DNA of 64,000 nucleotides from Xylographa opegraphella (Eukaryota): NCBI GenBank assembly GCA_022813865.1, contig JALDZX010000010.1, positions 434,001 to 498,000 of the forward strand, read 5' to 3'. Shown piece by piece: positions 55,802 to 64,000 of this stretch (position 1 is its first letter; each line of letters starts with the position of its first letter). The notes under the pieces were generated by a model. It saw only the letters and a program-made list of their open reading frames with translations, ran no database searches and was not told where the DNA came from. The position numbers and the translations under genes were made by a program.

Positions 55802-56080
55802 ACCGTTTTGCTCCGGCCGGCAAGCAGGGGTACGAATGCGAGTCTTATCATTACAGCCACAATTACGCCACAGACCAAGGCACATGAGTTGCCACTGTAC
55901 TTGGTGGTCCAGGGTATATATGCTTAGCGCGGTATACATAGTTCTGAGACATTTGGTGTGTGTGATAAGAACTACTGCGATATCCTTAGTGTCGCGCTAA
56001 GCATATTTACCCTGAACCACCAAGTACAGACCAAGGCACGTGATTTGCCGCTGTACCAAAGAGTACCTCTATCAGAGTTT
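55802..56080 (+). repeat. Left arm of an internal ~120-bp inverted repeat (interrupted by a MITE)
   Basis: 55802-55899 (ACCGTTTTGCTCCGGCCGGCAAGCAGGGGTACGAATGCGAGTC...GCCACTGTA) and 56027-56080 are near-identical to the reverse complement of 60262-60384. Confidence 0.9.
55900..56024. mobile_element. 125-bp MITE with 32-bp TIRs, TA-flanked
   Basis: CTTGGTGGTCCAGGGTATATATGCTTAGCGCG ... CGCGCTAAGCATATTTACCCTGAACCACCAAG (30/32 complementary). TA at 55898-55899 and 56025-56026. Confidence 0.85.
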
Positions 56081-56452
56081 AAGGTACTGCCGACCTTCGC
56101 TACACGTATCTCCGCTACTTGACTATATAGGTCTCCCACTACTACAGCAAGCAGTCTAGGTATTAGCCATAACCCCTTCTATCTTAACGCTGTCCCTTCA
56201 TTTCCAACCCAGCTTTTGAAACACTCTATGTCGTTTTGAAATTCTTGTGGGCTTTAGAGCAATACATTGCGCTGTGTCTTGAGATGTGGATAGCGAGTGT
56301 GTGCCATTACCTCTTATATCTAGGGATACATTACTCTTGCTTCCTGAAGCCTGTAATGCCCATAGCCGTTGAAGTGAAGAGTAGTGGTCCATACATGCTT
56401 GAGTAGTTGGATGATCTGGTCCAAGCTTCTCTTGTTAGCCAGCGCAGGCTCT

Positions 56453-58684
56453 CTAGTAGAGTGGTGATGCATCTTCATAATGCTGTCGCTGTTGTAGTAA
56501 GTACGCCAGGCAATAGACGCTCGTCAGCGTGTTGGGATGCTCTTTCCCCAGCGCCTTCTCCCTCCCCTCCAGCGCTCGTCGGTTCTTGTCCTCAGCCTGC
56601 TCGTACTTCCCCTGGGATCGCAGCACCGACGCTAGGTTGCTCACGCTCGTCAGCGTGCTGGGATGCTCTTTCCCCAGCGCCTTCTCCCTCCCCTCCAGCG
56701 CTCGTCGGTTCATGTCTTCAGCCTGCTCGTACTTCCCCTGGGATTGCAGCACCGACGCTAGGTTGCTCACGCTCGTCAGCGTGCCGGGATGCTCTTTCCC
56801 CAGCGCCTTCTCGTACCCCTCCAGCGCTCGTCGGTTCATGTCTTCAGCCTGCTCGTACTTCCCCTGGGATCGCAGCACCGACGCTAGGTTGCTCACGCTC
56901 GTCAGCGTGCTGGGATGCTCTTTCCCCAGCGCCTTCTCCCTCCCCTCCAGCGCTCGTCGGTTCATGTCTTCAGCCTGCTCGTACTTCCCCTGGGATTGCA
57001 GCACCAACGCTAGGATGCTCACGCTCGTCAGCGTGTCGGGATGCTCTGCTCCTAAAGCAGCCTCCTGTGCTTCCAATGCATCTTGAGACATCTCCTTTGC
57101 CTCTTTATATTTTCCCATTTCTTTTGCATACCACGCCGCCTTATACAGAATCGACGCCCACGCCTCAACTCTCCGTCTACCCGCTGGCCGACACGCTACC
57201 ACTGCTTGCGCGTGCGGATACAGCGCTTGACATACCGCCCAGTTCTTGTGCCGTCCCACCGGGTAGCTGTTGTCCATAAGTGTTATATACGCCTCCTTCC
57301 ACTCCTCTAGTTCGTCATACAGTTCTAGCCATTTTTTTGTCGAAAACTGTACCAGCCGGTGCATCTCAAATTCGTGCCCATCTGCGCTCATCTCAACTAG
57401 CGAGAAGCTAGTTAAGGTGTGAATATCGTCTTCAAAGTTAGCCTCTTTACCATCATCTCGCCAATATCGATCATGGAGAAGCGACTCCGGAATCCCCTGC
57501 TTGTCGAAAAGGCTCATCAGCGACAGCAGCCGAGCCGCCATGGGCATCGCCTTCCGGATCTGTGCGAACGAGATTTGCCAGGTGGCAATGATAGAGTTGG
57601 ACGCTCTGCCGTCCCTGCGATCGTCTCCCATGTCTTTCGTAAGCAGAAGGGCTCGGTCATGATCGTTTCTGCGAACTTCGTCTATGTATCGCGAGATGGT
57701 CATACGCGGCGCTCTATGTTCAATATAAGCCGCCGCCTGCGTAATGGCAAGGGGCATGTGGTCAAGGGCTTCAAGCAGTTTAATCGCGTTGTGCTCGCTC
57801 GCATTAAAGCTAAGTTTTTTCTGGAGAAGAGTTAGTGCTTCGCCCTTATCCATCGGCTTGACCTCTACGAGGTGATCTCCGCGTCCCGTTAGTCTGCGCG
57901 CCACATCTCGGCTCCGAGAGGTAATGAGGATAGACCCATTTGGCGATTGCGGTAAGAAGTCTGACAGCGGCTCTGCTGCTTGACCCTGATTGCAAATTTC
58001 TACTGCTTTCGCCCTGCCGAGTAGAGGGAAGAAAACGGCTGAATCGTCCGCGTTATCGACAACCATCACCCACCGCCCATTTGACTTGTCGCATAGCCAG
58101 CTTCGGACGAGCGGGAGAACATCTGCTTTAGGGTTGTCCCATCCATCCATCTTCGTCGCTTGAACAATTCTGCGATAGCCCTCCTCGAACCTCGCTCGTG
58201 TGCTTGCATGCACCCAGAACACCCACGTTGTCGGCGACTCTTCCTGCACCTGGTAGGCATATTCGATGGCGATCTGGGACTTCCTGCGCAGGTTGTCAGC
58301 GTTGGCGTTACGCTTGTGAGATGCAGCAATCACCCTACGCCTCCAAGTCCGACGAGCGCCGCTCGAGACGCTGGCCTGGCGCAGATCTGGCGTACCTTGT
58401 CGAGGCTGTCGCGGCTGATGAAGTCGTCGTCCCGCCGGAAGGGGACTGTCGAGGATGGAGGAGGCTTTGGCTGGCGGGCGTGGAGAACATTGACGGGAGC
58501 TGAGACGGGTCAGAAAATGGTAGTTGTAGAAGATGTTCCCATCCTGATTATACATAGTGTCGTAGGGGGTAAGCCTACCGTTGTATATGTCGCGTCCTGC
58601 GTTGCCGCTGCCTTGCTGGACTATGTCCGCTGTAATAAAGTCGTTGCGATAGGTGTTATGGCGGGCGTCCTGGATGTGAGCCAT
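56453..58684 (-). CDS. Fungal NLR: short N-terminal amyloid-like motif + NB-ARC + TPR repeats; C-terminally truncated by premature stops
   Basis: ATG at 58684 (MAHIQD). Removing introns 58500-58578 and 58284-58333 restores STVPFRRDDDFISR...AALVGLGGVGKSQIAIEY (P-loop). Also WVMVVDNADD (Walker B), ILITSR, MPLAITQAAAY, MHRLVQ and 42-aa TPRs. The homologous frame continues past the stops to 56198. Confidence 0.9.
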   Translation of the reverse strand: MAHIQDARHNTYRNDFITADIVQQGSGNAGRDIYNGRLTPYDTMYNQDGNIFYNYHFLTRLSSRQCSPRPPAKASSILDSPLPAGRRLHQPRQPRQGTPDLRQASVSSGARRTWRRRVIAASHKRNANADNLRRKSQIAIEYAYQVQEESPTTWVFWVHASTRARFEEGYRRIVQATKMDGWDNPKADVLPLVRSWLCDKSNGRWVMVVDNADDSAVFFPLLGRAKAVEICNQGQAAEPLSDFLPQSPNGSILITSRSRDVARRLTGRGDHLVEVKPMDKGEALTLLQKKLSFNASEHNAIKLLEALDHMPLAITQAAAYIEHRAPRMTISRYIDEVRRNDHDRALLLTKDMGDDRRDGRASNSIIATWQISFAQIRKAMPMAARLLSLMSLFDKQGIPESLLHDRYWRDDGKEANFEDDIHTLTSFSLVEMSADGHEFEMHRLVQFSTKKWLELYDELEEWKEAYITLMDNSYPVGRHKNWAVCQALYPHAQAVVACRPAGRRRVEAWASILYKAAWYAKEMGKYKEAKEMSQDALEAQEAALGAEHPDTLTSVSILALVLQSQGKYEQAEDMNRRALEGREKALGKEHPSTLTSVSNLASVLRSQGKYEQAEDMNRRALEGYEKALGKEHPGTLTSVSNLASVLQSQGKYEQAEDMNRRALEGREKALGKEHPSTLTSVSNLASVLRSQGKYEQAEDKNRRALEGREKALGKEHPNTLTSVYCLAYLLQQRQHYEDASPLY
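56519..57045 (-). repeat. Four near-identical 126-bp tandem TPR-coding repeats
   Basis: HPxTLTSVSNLASVL[QR]SQGKYEQAEDMNRRALEG[RY]EKALGKE repeated four times, near-identical at the DNA level. Confidence 0.95.
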
Positions 58685-58890
58685 CGATGCCGCATAACTT
58701 GTTGTGTGCTGGCGAGCGGTTATGTAGTGATAGAGGTAGCAGTGGTACGCATGAGCAAGGGTAAGGGCCATGCTTAGCACGGACACGGGTACAGCCGCAG
58801 CGGAGTGGGGGCGGACAGTGTAAGTTACTGTTTCAGCATTTATTCTTAATCCTGCCCCGCCCACTAAAACTAGGCTTCAGCTCTGGAACA

Positions 58891-60233
58891 ATGCCTCGCT
58901 CTCTAGTACCATCGTTTCTTAAGAAAAAGGAAGGATCCCGGCCAGCACCACCGGACATAAGAACTACGGCCGATGACCTTATCGAAAGCACTCGCTCGAT
59001 GGCTCTCGCAGCTCAGCCATCCTCTGTTGTGGCCGTCGCTTTATCGGCCGGTTCACCAATAGATCGTTGTGATGAGAACCTGTATGCATACTTTTAAACT
59101 CAGCGCCAAACACATATCTTACACTCTGGCAGTGAAACAACAGATGGCCGATTCGGCATTCAGACAATCTCGAATCCAGCAGACGCTAACATCGAGTATG
59201 AATTTATGCCAAGGCTGTGAAGAAATAGCTAATCTTGCAGCATCTGGTTCGTTCATGGCTTGACTGGGGATCGCGAGTCGACATGGATGCATCGAAATGG
59301 CACCTCTACGCTAGACCTCATGCGCGCCCACTATCCGACGGCGCGGATTATCGCCTACGGCTACGACGCCAATGTCGTAGGCCTTTGGAAAAACGCCAGT
59401 GGAGAAGGCCTCCGTGGACATGGAAAAGCCCTAGCCTATGCCATCTCCAACAGCCGATCGAGCGAGGCCAAGCGTCCCATCTGGTTATCGCACACAGTCT
59501 CGGCGGTCTGGTTACCGAACAGGCCATCCTGGTCTCTCTGGAGCCGAACGAGCCTCGTCTCCGCAGTATTGCTGCTTGCACAGCGGGGATTATCTTTCTG
59601 GGCACGCCGCATTCTGGATCCTATCTCGCGACGTGGGGATACACTCTCGCAAGGTTGTTAGATCGATTCTGGAGAACGAACAAGGATATTCTCTCGGTGC
59701 TGAAGCAGAAGTCAGAGGTGCTCAAGGGGGTGGAAGAGGTCTTCCAGCGTCAGTTGACAGCCGATGGAGCGCTAAGCCACGTCAAGATCTTCTGCTTCTA
59801 CGAGACCATCGCCGTGGATGCTGTTGGATTCGTGGTACCTGAAGAGTCTGCTACGATACTACCGTATTCGAACTGCGGAATTGACGCCAACCACATGAAT
59901 ATGACGAAGTTCACAAGCTCAAATGATGCCGGGTTTATTAGTATCAGAGGAGTTCTCGATGATTGGATCAAGCAAATAACCGAGCAGGCGACTCAAGAGA
60001 CCGATGCCCAACCCAAAAATTCTGCGTCTGCGGCGAAATTGACGTTCAACAATGGGCCGATTAAGGCACGGTTGTTTCAGCAGGGTACTGGCAATGCAGG
60101 GAGGGATATTAATCACGGGAATGTGACAAACCAAAGTGCGGGACGGGACTGGATCAATAAAGATCAGAAGGTCTATGGAAAAGCGAGGAGTGAAGTCGCC
60201 ATGGACGAGGATGGATCTGGTACTGATGAATAG
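58891..60233 (+). pseudogene. SesB-like alpha/beta-hydrolase (lipase) effector with C-terminal amyloid-like motif; 1-nt frameshift
   Basis: Putative intron 59082-59240. IWFVHGLTGDRESTW...ARIIAYGYDA...KRPIW, frame break at ~59486, then IAHSLGGLV...GIIFLGTPHSGS...CFYET...IDANHMNMTKF. The tail contains FQQGTGNAGRDINHGNVTNQSAGRD. Confidence 0.85.
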
Positions 60234-60261
60234 TGTGGTGTAAGTTACATGCGGGGGCTCC

Positions 60262-60384
60262 AAACTCTGATAGAAGTACTCTTTGGTACAGTGGCAACTC
60301 ACGTGCCTTGGTCTGTGGCGTAATTATGGCTGTAATGACATGACTCGCATTCGTACCCCTGCTTGCCGGCCGGAGCAAAACGGT
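60262..60384 (-). repeat. Right arm of the internal ~120-bp inverted repeat
   Basis: Reverse complement matches 55802-55899 and 56027-56080; starts 28 bp after the effector stop codon. Confidence 0.9.
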
Positions 60385-60538
60385 CGAAGGCGAAGTCGCA
60401 CTTGCTAGCGGCTGTACTTATGGTGACTGCTAGATATATCTCTAAAGAGGTATCTGCTTTATTGCTTCCTATATAGCCTGCGCAACTTCTAATATAAGAT
60501 TACCCCTTGAAGCGCGGTACTTGTACTTTAACACTGTC

Positions 60539-62634
60539 CTATATCATCCGCGCCACTGGGGCCCTGAATGGCTCTGTCATCTGCGCCACTGTGACCTTCC
60601 ATGGCTCTGCCACCTGCGCCCTCTGTGGATCTATCATCTGCGCCGCTGGTTCTCTATATGACTCTGTCGCCACTGGCAACCTTGCTGGCTCTGGCACTTC
60701 GCTCATTTGCATCTCTGGCGCTTCGCTTATCCACACCTCTGGCAGACTCGCCTCTGGTTCTGGCGCTTCGTTCATCTGCATCTCTGGCGAACTCGCCTCT
60801 GGCGCAGGATTCTTGCGCGGACGACCGCGTTTTCCTTTACCCGCAGTAGGTTTCCCTTTTACCGTAGCTTTCTCTTCTTTCGCAGCAGCACGCTTGGCTC
60901 GTGCCTCACTAAGGTCTTCATAGCTCATCACCTTCGCCTTCCCTAGGATCAATGACTTGGTCGATCGGCGAACTTTGGCTTCGCCGTTTATCTTAGCCAA
61001 GGGCCGATTTTGATCCTGAAGAAGGGCACATTCGGCAAAGGATATTCGGGCAGCACTTGCGATCTTCTGTACGTGTCTATATAGGCGCTGTTTGCTGATC
61101 TCATCAAGCCCATGAGCATCCTGTTTAATCAGCTTGTGTATTGGCATGAGACCCTCTGCTGTCACTGGCGTTACAGGTGTTTGCGGTACTTTGTCTTGCA
61201 ACCACATTACCTTATTAGCATTCGGAACGGGAACGGGAACGGTAAGCTGAGCTGGGGGCCTCGCTGTATGTCTGAGTACTCTCTCTGGATTGAATGGAAA
61301 CAAACCAGTTGCCGCCCACCCGGCTAGGATATTCCTTTTCGTCAAGGCCCTTTCCCTTGCAGGGTTGTATAGAGATGTGAAATGCTCCTTGCTAACTACA
61401 TCTACACCTCCTCGATATAGTAGTTCAACCTGGTCGCGATAGGCTGCTTTCAAGGGTGCGAAGACTCCGACGTCACAGGGCTGGAGCTTGTGAGACTAGA
61501 TGGTAGTACAAATTAGCAGATATTTATAAAAAGGGTTGAAGAGCGTTGTCAGGATGCCTAGGGACTTTTTGCTGGTTAGAACGCCGGGGTGAGGAGGGCG
61601 TGGGGTAGGGATAGTGAAGGTGAGAGGGCTTAAGGAGGGGGTATGAGAGATACTAGATCCTCGTTCTTCAATCGCGACTCAGACAGTCGGTCTTAAACCC
61701 CCAAGTTAAGTGAAAATCTGCCATCAGCTTGTATGTGTATTACGACTTACCGTGTGAGATGGGAGACGGCATAAGATGATGTTGTTTTCAAAGCAAAACT
61801 CCAAGACCTCGAGCGTCTCGTGTGTCCCGAAGCCGTCCATTATTAGAACCCGTGGTTTCTGGTTAGCCCGTTCTTTGGTTTGGGGATCAAATACACGCGT
61901 AAGCCACTCCAAGCTAATCTTGGAGTCGTTATACCCATTTTCGGAATGCCCATAATGCCATCCGGGGGTCGGGTATGTGGTCCAGTTGCTTCGGTGGGTT
62001 GAAGCTGGCCAGGTTATAAGGGGGAGCAGCCGCCTGCCGTCAGCACTGATGCATTCAACAGTAGTCACCATTGTCCGCTTAACACCCGCGCCTCTGTAGT
62101 CTCGCAGGTCATCCTTACCTATAAGGACTTTAATAGAACCGAGCATGCTTAGCAAGACTCCCGTCTCATCCATATTATAGGTGTTTTCTGGCAGAATAGC
62201 CAAATCCTGATCCTGTAGCACCTTTCCGATCAGTTTAAACCACTCTACAATCTTATCATATATGTTATTCCCATGTCGTTTCCAGTCAATCGCTCTAATG
62301 GTTTTAGCTTAAAGCCCCGAGCCCAGTTCTTACCCGGAGGCTTGATTGGTTTATTCTTTAATCGGTTGCGGGCGACATAAAAGGCTAGCGAAGGTATAAA
62401 CTTTATGCGCACTGGCTGCCCGAGATTAGACAGTAGTAACAAGAATTGAACGACAGCTTTCTCTTCGTCTGGAGTCAGGTATTGCTGGCTTTGAGCCTTT
62501 TCCTCTATTGAGCGTCGTCCCTTGTCACGATGATGGAGCGTTGAGAGAGGAACATCGCCCCGTTCTGCAAGAGTAGCGTATGTCCTAGGCACGTCTAGAG
62601 AGGCTTGCGCGAGCACCTGGCTGGCTCGGTCCAT
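60539..62634 (-). pseudogene. pogo/Fot1-type DDE transposase with one intron and a frameshifting deletion
   Basis: HTH (VPLSTLHHR...QQYLTPDEEKA...GKNWARGF), frame break at ~62310, then AIDWKRH...YNMDETG, LIMDGFGTH, LPSHT|SHKLQPCDVGVF (intron 61496-61750, GTAAGT..CTAAT..TAG). AT-hook-like GKRGRPRK in the tail. Confidence 0.9.
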
Positions 62635-63177
62635 GTTAGCGATTGTGGTAACGAGTGGCGGATGGCAAGAGGCCATGACACCAATAATGGGCGCGGACGC
62701 TAAAACTAGTGGACACATGACTGTCGAAGTTTCTAGAAGAACGCTGCACTTCATTTTAATTCAAATAGTACAGAGTATAATACAAGTGGCTAAATGAATA
62801 ATACTCGCCTATGTAAGCGCGCTAAATCTATATGCCAAGACACCGAGCGTTCCCTTGCACGGAGAAACTTTAAAGTGCATGCTCTTTTAAGTGTTACGCA
62901 TCTTTAATGCTTGCAAATATATTTTTCTTTAATAGGATTATTATCCTAATCCTCCGAAATTTGAAAATATATTAATAGTCGCGGTAGAGCAGGGGGGTAA
63001 AGCTAATTTAGTCCTAGACGTCGTGAACGGAACGATTGACAGCATGACCAAGATCGTCGTATTCTTCTTATTGCAAACTGGTTTCCTGAGGAGAAATGCG
63101 TAAAGGACATTATTATACTGGCTATAACTTTATAGGCTTACAAGGAAAAGGCTTAAGATGTCTGAACAAAAAAAAAA

Positions 63178-63217
63178 TTCTCGGCACGGGGGGTTTCTCG
63201 CTCACAGGGACGCACCT
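63178..63217 (-). repeat. Right TIR of the pogo-like element
   Basis: Reverse complement matches 55172-55212; followed by TA. Confidence 0.8.
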
Positions 63218-63235
63218 TACTGTACTTCACTCACC

Positions 63236-64000
63236 ATGTCTACAAAGCACTTTCTTCTCTCTTTTGCTCGACTTGTACATAATGCATTTCCTCTTCAGTC
63301 TGACGTCCGGCTACGCATTTTTCTGGGGATTTCAATAGTATCTGCCATCAGGCTAAACATCAGCGATGCTGGTAAGTGTTCTGTGAAAGTTTTCAGGAAA
63401 GCTGGATTTAACTCTTTGCCCATAGGCTCTATCAAGAATGCTGCAGCCGCTATCGCATATGATATGATGAGCTACTACACTGGGAATCAGACAAATGAAT
63501 CTGCCAATGTCGGTCTTCTTCCAAAACCATATTATTGGTGGGAGGCTGGAGCTATGTGGGGTGCGAGTATGTGTAATCCTGCATTTCCTTCCAATCGTCA
63601 GCTTCAACTTCAAACCATACGACTTGGATTTGGAGAAACACGGTGCTTGAGACATGGTGTAAGGAACGGGCGTGGTCACAAGACCTTTCGCTTGACCGCG
63701 TAGAATACTATTGAGGAAAAGCTGGTTCCGAGATCTATCACTAGTGGTTGACTATTGGTACTATACCGGAGATACAAGTTATAACGACGTGGTGGCGCAA
63801 GCTCTATTATCTCAAGTATCATCTACAAATGACTTCATGATGCCCGCGCAGCATTTCGATCTGGTATACAATTCCTACGACCAAGATTCTCTGCTTTTGG
63901 CTAACGATACTTCGTAGGGCAACGACGGCCAGGTATTCTGGGCTCTTTCAGCCATGGCTGCTGCGGAACACAATTTCCCAAATCCATCCGCTCTCCCCTG
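63236..64000 (+). CDS. GH76 alpha-1,6-mannanase/transglycosylase (Dfg5/Dcw1-like), 5' part, runs off the window
   Basis: [72 protein letters not shown] introns; start uncertain. Confidence 0.85.

Larger units (their letters stand above)
55172..63217 (-). mobile_element. 8046-bp pogo/Fot1-like (Tc1/mariner superfamily) DNA transposon with cargo
   Basis: Left end AGGTCCGTCCCTGGGTGGCGAGAAACCCGGCGTGGCGAGAA aligns with the reverse complement of the right end AGGTGCGTCCCTGTGAG-CGAGAAACCCCCCGTGCCGAGAA (34/41). TA at 55170-55171 and 63218-63219. DDE transposase inside. Confidence 0.8.

Noticed and set aside
56407..57279. Repetitive plus-strand ORFs (290 aa, 185 aa) and array-like repeats
   Set aside because: They are the antisense shadow of the TPR repeats. 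There are no spacers, so this is not a CRISPR array.
58685..58864. N-terminal extension of the 803-aa NLR ORF
   Set aside because: It has a non-ATG start and reads through two introns. The spliced model from ATG 58684 restores the P-loop.

Overview
Filamentous ascomycete (Pezizomycotina) genomic DNA with spliceosomal GT-AG introns. The middle of the window (about 14.4-54.1 kb) is mostly housekeeping genes: IMG2, SWI1, RPT3, PEP4, ATG26, AUR1, a Stb1/Whi5-like regulator, a Zn-metallopeptidase, ECO1, MSS4 and histone H1. Both ends are accessory. At the left, a divergent MFS transporter / flavin amino-acid oxidase pair is followed by a head-to-head pair of a 1274-aa CHAT (caspase-like) protease and a beta-rich protein of unknown function. 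At the right is the most notable structure: an 8046-bp pogo/Fot1-type DNA transposon (55172-63217; imperfect 40-41 bp TIRs, TA on both sides). Besides its transposase, it encloses a head-to-head NB-ARC-TPR NLR and a SesB-like alpha/beta-hydrolase effector. The two proteins share a 23-aa putative amyloid signalling motif (core QQG[ST]GNAGRDI) at the NLR N-terminus and the effector C-terminus. The cassette is itself bracketed by ~120-bp inverted repeats, one interrupted by a 125-bp MITE. All three genes in this copy carry disabling lesions. Gene names come from motif recognition by eye, with no database searches, and exon boundaries are manual.
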